Positions 49,845 through 62,923 of a DNA stretch of 64,000 nucleotides are shown here, one piece after another (position 1 is the stretch's first letter; the number at the start of each line of letters is the position of its first letter). The notes beneath the pieces were generated by a model. It was not told the DNA's origin and did not search any database. It was given only the letters and a program-made list of their open reading frames with translations. Both the position numbers and the translations under genes were made by a program. The DNA is from Leucoraja erinacea. Its lineage: Eukaryota. The stretch spans positions 45,074,001 through 45,138,000 of the forward strand of contig NC_073385.1 in the NCBI RefSeq assembly GCF_028641065.1, given 5' to 3'.

Positions 49845-50062
49845 CCGTCTGTACGGATTTGTATGTTTTCTCCGTGACTCACGTGGGTTTTCTCCAGGAT
49901 CGCTAGTTTCCACCCACACTCCAAAAACACCCACGTTTGTGGGTTAATTGGCTTGATATAATTGTAAATTGTCCCTAGTGTGTGTAGGATAGCATTAGGG
50001 TGCAGGGATTGCAGGTTGGTAGACCGAACTGCCTATATCCGCGCTGTATCTCTAAACTAAAC
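49845..50062 (+). mobile_element. 5'-truncated SINE (HE1-like)
   Basis: Core and gctgtatctctaaactaaac tail. Confidence 0.8.
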
Positions 50063-51548
50063 ATCTCTAACAATCGAACCAGCATCTGCAGCCTCTTGTG
50101 AAGAAGTCCATCAAATCAAATTGAAGAAAGTTATGAATTATAAATGATTAAACCATGGTATCAGGATTGATTGTTTTTTAGGGGAAGAGATGCAGAGAGA
50201 AACTAAAGAGGTAATTTGGATAATTCTTCAACATTAATTTAACGCGGCAATTAGTTCAACTTGGCATCATGTTCCGCATGGCCACTGTGGACCAAAGGGT
50301 CTGTTCCTTTGCTGTACTGTTCTATGAGAGGTGCAGTGTAAATGCTGGTGGTATTTGCCAAGACAACAATGATATAATACACCATGAATACTGGCAGGGA
50401 GCATTTGTGCTGAATGACCTAATCTATGTTGCACATTCAAAGTTCTGGGATTGAGGGAGTCCAATTTGAATCTGCGAATTACAGAGTGTGGTAAATGCAC
50501 TGATACTTAAAAACTTGGCTGAAAAAAATTATATAAAGCTCACTCCAGTTCTTCTGGCCAAAATGTTGGCAAACAGGGATGAACGAGCTGAAATTGGCAA
50601 CAAAAGTGCAGCAAGAGATCATGTTGAAGTCGAAGAACTGGGGGAGGGAGTCAGTATCGAATCTAAATTCAGCAAGATTTAGCCAAATATAGACCATTCC
50701 AATCTTTAACTATAATGTGAACTCACTAATACCTGGCATGCACTTGTACCTGGAATGTACAAATTTGTTCTTAGCAGAAGGGCTTGAAAACCCTTTTTCT
50801 ATAGTCGTAGCCACTGCACAAAAAAAGCACAATGCTGGAATGTTAAAGACTAAATATCCCCCAACGTGAGAAATGACAAATGGTGATGATAAGCTTTATC
50901 CGGTTGTTGGGGAGGATGGTGGTTCCTTATATAAGGGATAAGGGGAAATCCTTTAAAACCGTGATGAGAAGAACTTATGTTTCTATGTTATATATTGGGA
51001 CGGGAATTATACTGAAGTATCACAGGAGAGAGGTACTGGGCAGTGAGAACGGAGGCACTGTAGAGGGAAAGAACACACAAGGAAGTCTGGATCAAGGAGA
51101 CTGTAATGGATAGCAGCCAGAAGCGTAGAGATATCTTGAGAGAGGCACAGTTGAAAGGCGGCCTGGGAGTTGATTGAGAGACGTGCTGGTGATTGCGATG
51201 AGGAGCTTTAGACAATGTTAAAACTCGCCACAGATTGCAGGAATTCCAGACGCAATTTATTGCCGAAACTGTTTTAAATCTACGTCAAATCATCCTGGTT
51301 CAAAAGCTTCAAGCTTGTGACACTCGTCTCCGGTAATGAATCCCAAAGCTTGTCAACAGTAAAGCAGAATTCAGAAAAAAAGCATAAAAGTAATAGCAAA
51401 TAACAATCCCAGTAATCAGTAGAATATGTGAAATTTAATCCCAAATTCCGATAATCACAACATGAATTTGGGATTGCAACTTCTGGGTGCCAATACAACG
51501 GCACCGTTTATATGACTGCACTGCACAATGTTATAACAACTTAATTTT

Positions 51549-51633
51549 CAAACTCCGTACAGACAGCACCCGTGGTCAGGATCGTACCTGGGTCTCTGCT
51601 GCTGTATGGCAACATCTTTGCCACTGTGCTGCC
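51549..51633 (-). mobile_element. SINE 5' fragment
   Basis: caaactccgtacagacagcacccgtggtcaggatcg...ccactgtgctgccc. Confidence 0.72.
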
Positions 51634-54029
51634 CTTTAGCACTACAACTTTAGGAACAGTACTGAAGAAAGTGGATCTGATCACTAGTAATAAACATCCT
51701 CATAAAATGCAGCTTTTATGTTTGGTATCATTATGTTTGGTGGAAATGCAATGCTTGTTCTTGTGCTAAATGGGAACTATTTAGCATCAGTGGAGGAGTG
51801 GGAGTTGGACTAGTGTGCAATGAAAATTTGTATTCTTGGGCGCTGGTACATGTGATCCTAAGGAGACTCATGAAAGAGATGCACATAAGCCAAAGTCCTT
51901 AGATACAGAAGGATTAAATTTCAGAAGATTATGTTTCTATTGGGGATATCAAGATTTAAAAGCCTAGAATGATCCAACCATTTATCATAGCTGTGTAGCT
52001 ATAAAGCTAACGACCTTTTCTACATCAAACGCTAACTTCAACTGCATGTGAAAAGTCAGCACACAGACTGGACAAGCTGCTTAGCACCCTACTGACGGAG
52101 CAATTCTCAAGTAAACCCAGGAGACACTGCATTTAAATCAGAATGAACCTTACGTACTGCATTCTCTGTGGATCTATAAACATAAATGGTAATTTAGATA
52201 AGGGTTAGCCAGCTAAAACAAATGTAATTTTGTATAAACTCAATTTGTATTTTAAGTGCACTTCAGTATTAAAGGAACGGCTCACCAACTGTTATTCCGA
52301 CCACATAAAAGCTACTAAAAGGAATAAGAAACAAAATATTTTTGAACATGCATGCAGAACATATATTTCAGTTCTTACCTATTATCGCTGACCTGAACTA
52401 ACAGCATTTGCTTCTTTTCTTTCACTAGTGGTTTTCCCAGTCTGGCCTAACAGGAAGTCTAAAGTGATCCTGACTCCTCCCAGGAGGCTGTTCATCAGCT
52501 AGCTCAGCTTACAGCAATAAAAAAATTGGTAATGTGCAAGAGTAATTGGTAATGCGCATTGGTTTCTATCAAATTATCTTTTATTACAAAAGATAATAAA
52601 AGAGCAACTGTCCTACCACATCGTGGCGAAGGCTACTGATCTTTTATGTCTCCTTGGCATTAGCATGACAATACTCATGTTCAACCATTGTAATCATTAC
52701 CAATTCCAGTAATGCTGACTAAATTGTTGCGCACACCAGCGGGTCATTAGCCTTTGAGCTGGATATATAATAGGTCTGAAACAGATTTGATAAACCCCAA
52801 GTTCTTTCTTGCTGACAAGTGTCTTCATTCTTTTCAACAACTCTCAGAGCCGTACAGGAAGAATGGAGGGGTAGGCGCGAACTGAAGCAGCCCTGAAAGC
52901 TTAGTAGGCATATGCTGAATTGCTGTCGACTAACAGTGGAAGACAGCTGTTGGTTTTTACTTGGCATCAGAATAATTAATGAAGTAATCAAGCTATCAAC
53001 TGCATGCTTTGACCAGCAGGCATTACCTTAACTAATGCCTTCAAACTAGGCACCAGTTGTAACTGCTACCGGGGAGAATAATCCTTTTTTTTTTAATATT
53101 AGAGAGTAAAGGAAACTCAATTGCCTCAAACTGTTACCCCTGTTTCCTCTGCTGTCTGTCTGCTGTGTTGAACAGCATTTATTGTGCTCTTAATAGTGAA
53201 GGATTATTGGGATGGAGTGGTGGTGAGGCCACGACAGGATTTTCAGCATTCTTAGATCTGTTCCTCTTGCTTGAGCCAATGTCTGACCTGGCTGTTACTA
53301 ATATTCATGTGTAGTTGATCCAGAAAGCTGCATATAATCTTCCTCTCCCTAATTCACATCGACATATTCGTTATTCAAATCTGCACATTCCGTCAGCACT
53401 GCTGTAACAGTTTTAAATCTGTGTGCTGAAGATATTTTCCAATGCATCTTTTAACCATTATCCTTTTAATAACCAAATCTAGTCTAAATCAGATGCTAAT
53501 CTGATCTATCAGTCTTCAGAAAGATGCTGCATGGCCAAGGGAACTACGATTTGTGATGTGCAAGGTTGTGATCCTACTTGCTCATTCACATTAGTTAATT
53601 GTCATATACACCAGGGTGTGCAATGACATTCTTTGTACACATGAAGATCACAGTTAACTGTATACATAGATGTAATGATCAATACAACAATGACGCGTAC
53701 AAAACAGCAGAATGGGGCAAGATTGTAGTGCAAAATCTAAGTAGAGAACAAGAATATTAAAAGTACAAAACGTAATACCTGAATGAGGTTGAGGTAAGAG
53801 TGGGTGGGCTGAAGGGGCTATTCCTATGCTGTATCTCTAAAGTCTAATTCTGTACTCAGTTCCTAGTGCAATCAAGGCAGTTTGTAATTTCAAGTTTACA
53901 TTGGAAACAAGCCGGCGATGGCGGCGGTGCTTACCCAGAAGATCACGCGCCGCAGAAATTGCCCAGGATACAGCTGAGACAGTTAATACTACTGGTGAGT
54001 TATTTCAGGCAGGGGATAAGGGTGGGGTG

Positions 54030-54126
54030 TGTGATTCCGACTTACGTTAAATCTGATTTACGTTCAATCTGATTAGCGTAAGGGTTCACAGAACGTGACC
54101 CTTTTGTAAGTCGGGAAGTGCCTGTA
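54030..54126. mobile_element. Tigger/Tc1-mariner-like terminal fragment
   Basis: ccgacttacg sub-terminal motifs and end gtaagtcgggaagtgcctg-TA. Partner TIR not found. Confidence 0.45.
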
Positions 54127-54965
54127 GATGGTCACACCTCTGGAAATGGGGAGTGAAAGAGGTGATTGGTTCACAAGTCGGATAGCGGTGGGAAAGAAGC
54201 TGTTCTTAAGTTGAGGCATCTGAGCTTTTCAGCTCCAAGTGCATTGTCTGCGGTCAGTAAGAGGGTTTCTTTGTACCAAAGGCTAAAACTGAACTATGTG
54301 GGCTGGCGTGCATCAAAAACAAATCTTCAGCTGAGCCAGGAATGGGACGTAGCAAGCGCGGAGACGCAAATCCGGCAGCCAAGTCTGGTTGACATTTGAA
54401 CTTAGGCTTCCCCTCAGGGGCGAGTTTTCCAGTTCTTGGCCAGCAGTCTGCAAAAGGGAAGTAAAACTACTTGGGCTTGGCATTGCTCAAGGGTGCCTCC
54501 AGGTAAATCAACTAAGGAGAGAAACTGACAGCATCTGTTTGCAGCATTTTATCCTCCCCGCTCATATAGAAGGTGAAAAGGAGGTAGAAAAGATCTTTTT
54601 TTTACTGGAAATAATGCTGGGTTTTTTCTGTTCCAAAATATGCTATATTTTTCACAAATCGTATAGTTGTGATCGTTAAAGAACAGGGAGAGGTTCACAT
54701 GAGGTCTTGTAGAAGGATTTCACTATACAGCACAGAAAAATCTGCTTGTTATGTAAGTTATCAGATTTAATTTGAAAATAAAGGCAGAACCTAGGCCTGA
54801 TAAAAGCCAGAGCAGCTTTTTTCTGCTTTTCACTGCTTTGTGTGACCCTGCCTACTTGGTGCTGTAATAGGATATCATAGAGATTCTCCCCTGGAATTGC
54901 CAATCATCACCTGAAAAGCAATTCTGTTGACTCTGGGAAGCACTTCAGTGGCTAAGGAAGTTTAG

Positions 54966-54967
<2 letters not shown>

Positions 54968-54999
<32 letters not shown>
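54968..54999. repeat. (CT)n microsatellite followed by CA-rich low complexity
   Basis: About 16 CT units. Confidence 0.95.
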
Positions 55000-55000
<1 letters not shown>

Positions 55001-55177
55001 GCGCACACACATGCACACATAGAAATCTATTTACCCACCTGCACAAAATATACAGACACACACAAAATGCACACATGCTCACACAGCACGCTCAGCAGCA
55101 CAAGATGACATGCGCAGGAAAATACGCAGCCACATGCATGTGTTCATACACACAACCCAGAAGCATGTAAGCGCAGG

Positions 55178-55385
55178 AAAACACAAAGTGCTGGAGCAAT
55201 TCAAAGGGTCAGGCAGCATCCCTGGAGGACATGGATAGGTGACGTTTCGGGTCGGATCCTTTTGAGTCCCGACCCGACCACGATTTGTCACCGATTCATG
55301 TTCTCCAGAGATGCTGCCTGACCCTCTGAGCTAATCCAGCACTGAGTGGCCTTTTTTTTGTAAACCAGCATCCGCAGTCTCTTGT
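55178..55385. mobile_element. Penelope-derived fold-back element
   Basis: Inverted arms gtgctggagcaattcaaagggtcaggcagcatc and gatgctgcctgaccctctgagctaatccagcac. Confidence 0.7.
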
Positions 55386-55489
55386 ATCCACATGGGAAAC
55401 ACAGATGGTGAAGTAAAGGGATCAAGTATTACACGTCTGAAAGCCAATACCAATGTGCAGTCATCAAAATGCAGTTTGCAAAAACAACT

Positions 55490-55830
55490 TGCTGGAGTAA
55501 CTCAGCGGGTTAAGCCGCATCACCGGAGAACATGGATAGGTGATGTTGTGGGTTGGGATTCGTCTCCAGCTTGTTCTTCTACAACACACAAGCTCACATG
55601 GTCTCGCAAACACACACATGCACACGCACATACACATTCAGACACACACGCGCACAACACCGAAGCACGCAAGCAACCATGGTCAAACGCATGGTCACGG
55701 AACAGCAAGAGTGCTGTCTGTACAAAATGTTTGTGTACTGAAGAAGGGTCTTGACCCGAAACGTCACCCATTCCTTTTCCCCAGAGATGCTGCCTGTCCC
55801 GCTGAGTTACTCCAGCTTTGTGTGTTCATC
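55490..55830. mobile_element. Penelope-derived inverted pair around CA-rich sequence, with hammerhead-like motif at 55738-55765
   Basis: Minus arm 55490-55560 and plus arm CTGAAGAAGGGTCTTGACCCGAAACGTC...gctgagttactccagc. Confidence 0.68.
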
Positions 55831-56049
55831 TTCAGTGTTAGTGTACCGGTTGATCACTAGTCGGCACGGACTCGGTGGGCCAAAGGGGCCCCTTTCCTTG
55901 CTGCATCTCGAAAGTCTAAAGCATGCACGTTTACCTGCGCATGAGTGACATTTGCCGTTTCCACCCTCCCTGCCTCCAAAACTAAGCCGAATATGATACA
56001 CACCAGGACACTGCAGGGTGGAGAATTGCTCAACCCTACCTCGGTAGGC

Positions 56050-56480
56050 CATGGCTTTTAGTCTTCATGTAAATCAGTGCCTGTCACTGCATGCATGATT
56101 CACTGCTCAGAGTGAACTGTTCTGTGACGAATGAGCCCTGCTTAATTTGGCAGTGATTATGCAGGCTGCTAGCCCCCTAAACCCCTTTGAACTTGTAATT
56201 GCTGCAGGTTTAAATAATGAACATTAAGGTGGGGGGGATCTCAGAAAAGTGTGGATAATTACAGGGTTTTGTTCTTTTCGCTGGCAAAGGGTGGCTGAGG
56301 TGACTCTGACCCGTCGGTATCAAAGTAGCCTGCGCAAGATTGCTTTGACACCAGGAAATCTCAAGAGCCCATGAGAAAGGAGGAGCAATGGTGGCAATGA
56401 ATATTCATGTCAGACCCTGCTTCCACCTCTGTTGCTGTCTTGCTTTCTATTTCTTTTGTGGTAAATTAAAGCAGCTCACA
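56050..56480. promoter_or_regulatory. Candidate enhancer with paired MEIS and PBX-HOX sites
   Basis: Minus TGACAG-GCAC-TGATTTAC at 56086-56069. Nearby TAAT sites and cctttgaa (TCF-like). Confidence 0.4.
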
Positions 56481-57591
56481 AATATGTAACATGCAGAAAA
56501 GGAGCGCTTTAATAGTTGCACTCTGGGACGTGCTCAGACGTCCAAAATTATTGTACCATTGAAAAGAAAATCTGTCTAAGTTTGAGGTAACTTGTACTTA
56601 CATAGTTTTGCATGACACGTCACAACTGATGTAGAATGCACCCAAATCACAAAAACCTTTCAATGCACTAGGGCCGTGTTTAATTTCCAAGTTAATCAGT
56701 GAAGATTTATAGCAGCACAGGCAAACTAAACATTAAAACTCTCTGTGTCTGTTTTTGATTTTACTACTTGCCTCCCCTTCATTCGACTCCCCTCCCACCC
56801 CACAGAATCCTTCTTTGTCTATTTGCACTTTTGCTCTGGATTTTCTTTATCCTGGTGTGAGACGAATATCAAAGACCTACGCTATTTGTAGGCCTCCAGC
56901 GCATAACAACATCTCAATGGTACATTTTTAGAACCTGCGTCAAAACATGGCACCCAATGATTAATGGCCACTACATTGAAAGCAGTAGCCCGTCAACGAC
57001 GCCCTCCAGCAAGGCTGCGGAGGAGTACACAACCCTGCTCTGCTAAGGTTGGCGCTGCCAAAGTATCCAGACCCAGAGGATGACTGACACAAAGCAACAC
57101 AAGAAAACACTCAGCTAAACTACCAATCCTAGCACGCGTTGCCAATTCAGGCGCACATCGCCATACCTTCTCATTACATTCCACATAATCAATAGGGTCC
57201 GTGTGATTGAAAGAGGAACATAGTCGAAACGATCTGGGGTTTCAGTGCCGAAAATGAAAGGTCATCGTGGTAAAGTCATTTTCTGGCTATTTCACGCGAG
57301 GGCTGGTGAATTCTTTATCTTAATCTTTTCCATTTTGATCTTGCATTGTTGGAATATTAAGTGGCAGACACTGCCAGGAAGGTGAAGATGGATTAATTAA
57401 AAAGCACATTTAGGTGTTAGGTGAAAATTTATTAATGTGAAACTACATAAATTGTACAGAAATACTCTTAACTTTAAATTTAGAAAGCTTTTCTGAAAGC
57501 GTTTCTCTTGTTACTGTTAATTCCGTTTAAAACACATCCTACAAGAACTACAGAGGATCCAAAGAGAGGGATAGCACCGATTTTTCGGCAA

Positions 57592-57865
57592 CTGAAAACA
57601 GGCCCTTCGGCCCACCGAGTCCGCGCCGATCCCCGTACTACCCCGCAGGATAATACACGAGCACTATCGAACGGACAATTTACAATTTTTTTTTACCAAA
57701 GCCAATTAACCTAAAAACCTATATGTCTTTGGAATATGGTGATACCGTAGCACCTTGGGAAAATCCACGTGATCCTGGGGAGAATGTATAAACTCCACAC
57801 AGACAGTCAGGATCAATCTGGGGTCTCTGGCGCTGTACGACACCAGCTCCAGTTCACTGGGCGGC
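57592..57865 (-). mobile_element. Degraded SINE (HE1-like)
   Basis: aaacaggcccttcggcccaccgagtcc...gccaattaacct...gggtctctggcgctgta. Confidence 0.75.
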
Positions 57866-58099
57866 CACAGATGACATTGCAGGTTGCGGACACTCCTTCA
57901 GGCCATGTGCCTCCTTCCCAAAAGAGTTCATTCACATTTTATATTTGTTCTATTTAAGTTCTAGTAATCTATGGAGCTATAGAGAGAGGCAGGAGGGGTT
58001 TAATTAGTGGGTGAGAGGTGCATTGTAGAATTATAATTATGTGACCTCTGTTGGTCTGGCAAAATGGACTAAGGGTGCCAGGAAAATCAGTGGTGGGCC

Positions 58100-58421
58100 T
58101 TTAGTTTAATTTAGTTTAGAGATACAATGTGAAAATAGGCCCGACAGCCCACCAAGTCTGAACTGACCAACGATCATCACACACTAACACTATCCTACAC
58201 ACACTAGGGACAATTTGCAATTTTACCAAAGCCGATTACCCTACAAGCCTGTACATCTTTGGAGTGTGGGAGGAAACCGGGGCACTTGAAGAAACCCCAT
58301 GCAGGTCACGGGGAGAATGTACAAACTGTACGATCATACAGACAACCCCTGTGGTTAGGGTCGAACCCGGGTCACTGGCACGTTAAGGCAGCAACTTACT
58401 TCTGCACCACCGTGCCACCCC
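58100..58421 (-). mobile_element. tRNA-derived SINE (HE1-like), full length
   Basis: Homology to the other copies. Confidence 0.85.
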
Positions 58422-59497
58422 AACCTGCAGCTGTTTAGAAAATAACGTAAATGACAAGCTGACATTTTAATAATTCTGCACTCTATATTTTTAGCAACCA
58501 GTCTCTTTGAGGGACATACTCTATTGACACGGAAAGCACAGATTAGTCTTCTCAGGTTTTACAGTAAGTACTCTATTGTAGGAAAGGGAACTGCAAGCCT
58601 TAGTTTCAAAAAGCTCTGAAGGAAAACCAATTCCTTGCCATGCTCAGCAGTTCTTATGCTGTCTCCTCTTTATGTTTCATGGATAAAGTCATCAACAAGC
58701 AGAGTTTTTGACTTCTTCTAGTTCAAAAATATTTATTCTCTTTGATGTGTAGCTAAGCTAGATTTGGGATTTACACTTGATAAAAAAAAATCTGTAAAGC
58801 ATAAAAAAAAAGCATCTTGCCATTAAATGAGAAATAAATGCTCAAAACATTGTAATAATTCCAGCTGTATTATAATTCAAGCCTTTGCCAATCTTCTTGT
58901 AGTAGTCTCTGTACAAATGAATCATATATTAGAAGCCAAGGTAAAGCGATAGCCATTTCAAATATGTCACTTAACCTGGTATAAGCCAGCCTCTTCTCTG
59001 AGAATGCATATTTATACTTTTATTGTAGCAACCAGCTGAACACTAGGATCAAGCTAAGCTGAGAAAATGCGGCAATAAGGATCAATTTTTCTCCTCTTCT
59101 AGCTCAAGATATTTCACACCAATTAGAGGCAAAATTGTGCTCACTACTGGTATCATCAGCCTATAACTGAGCTCATTGAGAAGAAAATAATGAAAATAAT
59201 GTCAAACCAGTTGCGAAATGAACTTAATTCTGATATTTAAAGGCACTGAAAAAAAAATTGAATTAAAATAGTTTTTGACAATAAACTCGGAGTTTTTGCT
59301 TTTTTTCCCCGAATAAGTTGACCCAATTATTTAAAAGAAAGACAAAGCATTTCACTGTGCCTAGATACATGTGACAATAAAGTATCATCCTCAGAACTAC
59401 ACTGTGCTAAATAAATGACCGTTCTGGCATCACCCTGAGTCCTCACGATTGCCAAGGTGTAATTTCCTGCAACTTGGATCTAAGAGGGTTTAAATGC

Positions 59498-59742
59498 CAA
59501 AGATAGACACAAAAAGCTGGAGTAACTCAGCAGGCCAGGCTCTGGAGAAAAGGAATAGGTGATGTTTCAGGTTAAGACCCTGGCTCAGACTGAGACTCGG
59601 GGGTGAGGGAACCAAGAGACACGAAAAGGTACATGGAGCAAATTAATGAAAGATATGCAAAAAGTCAGATCAAAGCCAGGAACAGTGATCAAGCTTTTTG
59701 CGTCTATCTTCAGTGTAAACCAGCATCTGCAGTTCCTTCCTA
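59498..59742. mobile_element. Penelope-derived element
   Basis: agatagacacaaaaagctggagtaactcagc arm, an internal segment inverse to ~63960-64000, and an agctttttgcgtctatct...ccagcatctgcagttcc arm. Confidence 0.65.
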
Positions 59743-62700
59743 TACATTTTACATGCCTGATGACTTCTGGCCCTATAAAATATGTAGCTGGATGCCCTGG
59801 AGCAGTTCAAGTAACGATTCAAAACGAGTAGATTTCTAAACTCGTTGCAGAGTTCTGTTTAATTTCTCTTTTTTTTTGTGGTTAAGAAAGGTTAATTACT
59901 GCAATCTAGGAAGGGTTAATGGCTCCCATCTCCTAGCTTCATGACTTCATGTGAGAGAACAGGACAAAGACAACAGATGGCAGACAGTGTTTGACTTCTG
60001 TCCTTTCCATTGTTACTGAAAAGGCTGCAGAACCTTGATTGATAAAAAGCAAAGGCTTTGGTGGCCTTGGCCATAATTATCTGATAGCTCTGTGACGGAT
60101 GAGCCCTGGAACATTTACTTTTCTATAGACATGGTCTTTGACAAGTGAACTGTCCCTAGGTTGCTATGGGTGACCAAAGTGCTGACATCGAGCCCCTTCA
60201 CCACACAAGTACATGACAAATGAGGCTAGCAGCCTCAATCCATTTTGAATCTCGGGGACTACCACCCCTCACCCACTGCCCAACAGAAAATAATCTACCC
60301 AATGGACATCAATGGGTTAAATTGAGACTACTGATTCCAAACTTAAATTTGCATATGTTTAAAAGAAAGCAGACATTCATAATAAGTCGAGGTACAGCTG
60401 CTTTTCACAATCTTGGCAGATTGCACCATCTCGTCAGCAACGCTGCTTTTATTTACTTGTTTCTCCCACCCGGCAAAGCCTGATAACTGTACAAAACAAC
60501 CTCAACTTTGGCAATTATCGAAGTAAACAATAAGCTGATGTGTTCCAGCTGCAGAAGATGCAGCAGGAGCCTCGCCAGTTGAGCTGCTGTCCACTCTAAT
60601 GCAACATGGCAGGACACAAAAGAGGCCCTGCCTGCTCCACCACTGCTGCAAAAGAGCAGCCCGTCATCAAGGGTGTGCTATAGCTCTGTGTCCCCGCTGT
60701 ATTGGGCGGCCTAGTCTTTGTGTCAGGCAAACATCCTCCCCTTGGTTAAGGCTGCCTATAGTCATGCTGTAAAATGGTTCACTGTCAGCCTAACAGCTCA
60801 AAGGCCATGTGTGTTGTATCAAACTTAATGATAATTTTCATCACCAGAGTACTGCCATGGCAACAGAAATAGAACTGTGCCTATGACGAAAATTGGCTAT
60901 AACTTATGTTCACAAACTATCAATTGTTTTTTTTCCCCTCTCTTTGCGCATTACATTTTGGTGATCTTCCAACTTACCTCTCCACTCCTTCAATTTGATT
61001 CAGGCTGGGTTTGAATAAGAAACTATTTGAATTTCAACTTCCAGCTTTACACAAAGGACTAATTTCAAGGAACTCGTTGAGGCATTTCATTTGGGAGGGA
61101 TTTTTCTTTTAACCTTCTGAAAAGGAAACAATTTTGTTCCAACAAAACCCCCCACTTTCCAAGGGGAAGCCCAAGCGCTTGAAATAAAAGGCATCTCAAT
61201 GCGCTGTTGCAACAAAGATAAGGACACCTCTGAAATTTGATGAGAGTGTTTACAAGGGAAGGGTCTTTGTGTCTGAGCACTTCCTGCTTCCATTCTGTGA
61301 TCAAATATGTTCTTTGCAAATCATGTAGGAGAGTACTTGAGTGCAAAGGCAAAGGGAACTAAGGGCTAATTGAGTGGTTTGAGGGCTTCTCAATGTATCT
61401 AATTTAAGGACCTCTCTCTCTTGCAGCCAATAAAAATCACCCTTGGCAAGATATCTCTCCTGCTTGCTTTCGAATGTAGTTTAAACCGAGTCAAAGCAAT
61501 AAGAGTTTGCTGATTATACTCAATGGCAAGGTTGCTGAGCAAAATCGATAAAGGAATGTGCCAGGTTCAATTATGTTCCATTGTGATTTAATTTGCATGG
61601 CGGTGTGGGGAGGGGATGTAAATGTAGAATACCTGCATTTCCAAGTGCCCTCCGAGTGGCATGTGTCAAGGATTGCTACTCTATTCACAAAATGGCGCAA
61701 AACTTAAGTTACTTGCAGTTCAGTGTTTAGAATTCAAATAAACAACACATTTGCACGTGAAATAATCGCCTCTATATTTCATTAGTGTTCACTCCCCTTC
61801 ACCCATTATAAGATGCAAGACTTGAAAAACGCTCGGCAGCAGCAGAAAACAAAAGTCTGTAAAAAATGAATACAAACTACTTTTTCCCCCCTCTATGCTG
61901 CATTAAACTAACTGCCTGGAATTGTTGTGGCTGGCCTTTGTTGTTTTTGTCCCTTAGAGTTGTCCAGAGGAGGTGACAATGGCTCAGAGTTGAGAACATA
62001 TGTAAAAAGACCCCTGTGGCTGTTGGAAAAGTTGCTCATGCTGCTTGGGTGTTTGAAAAATAACAACCAATGTTCCTTTCTTCCGACAAAACTAATGAAT
62101 GCATGAATGTTAGAATGCAGCAGCGACCCATTCAGAGTGGAAAGCCTGAGCACCTTCCCTGTAAGAGTGCATTCTACATTGGTGAAATACATTTGCTTAA
62201 CAAATTAAATTAATGAGATAATTCAATTAGTCTTTTTGATGTGAAAATACTGCTTAAGGAAAGGATTACTGTAGTGCAGGGGTAGTTTGGCCTCTACAAA
62301 GAGGTGAATGTTGAAATAATGCATTGAAAATAAGAGAGGGACAATGATGTGAGTTTTGCTCTGAATTCTGCAGCGACTTGAGTTGTGCACTTGTTTGCAT
62401 TTGCGCGGGCCAGATGGGGAAATTCTCACATTACTCCAGTTGCACGGAAACAAAATCATTCGTCAATAAACTGGGAAATGTCAAGGCTGAGCAGGAGCCA
62501 AGCAAAGTAAAAGTTTCTGACTTGCGTGTGGAAGGAGTGCTCTGTTCGGCGCTCCTGCCAAGGCTTTTTACACAAACAGGCAGCCATGCTCTTTAGGACA
62601 AGGAGGGAAAACCTCCTGGCAACTTCCTCTGCAATGCTCGCTCCATTCCAAATTAAAAACATTTTACAGGTTACTAAATCTCCAGCTGAGGTGATGTAGC

Positions 62701-62759
62701 AAAGAACAGCTGTGAAGTAATTTTGATAATGATGAGAATAATAAGCACATGGCAAGGTT

Positions 62760-62923
62760 NNNNNNNNNNNNNNNNNNNNNNNNNNNNNNNNNNNNNNNNN
62801 NNNNNNNNNNNNNNNNNNNNNNNNNNNNNNNNNNNNNNNNNNNNNNNNNNNNNNNNNNNNNNNNNNNNNNNNNNNNNNNNNNNNNNNNNNNNNNNNNNNN
62901 NNNNNNNNNNNNNNNNNNNNNNN
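62760..62923. other. Assembly gap (164 N)
   Basis: Run of N. Confidence 1.

Noticed and set aside
62581-62593. Minus AGAGCATGGCTG (RAWL), resembling the missing upstream homeobox exon
   Set aside because: Preceded by an in-frame TAA and followed by PV rather than FQHLT. No splice donor. Chance match.
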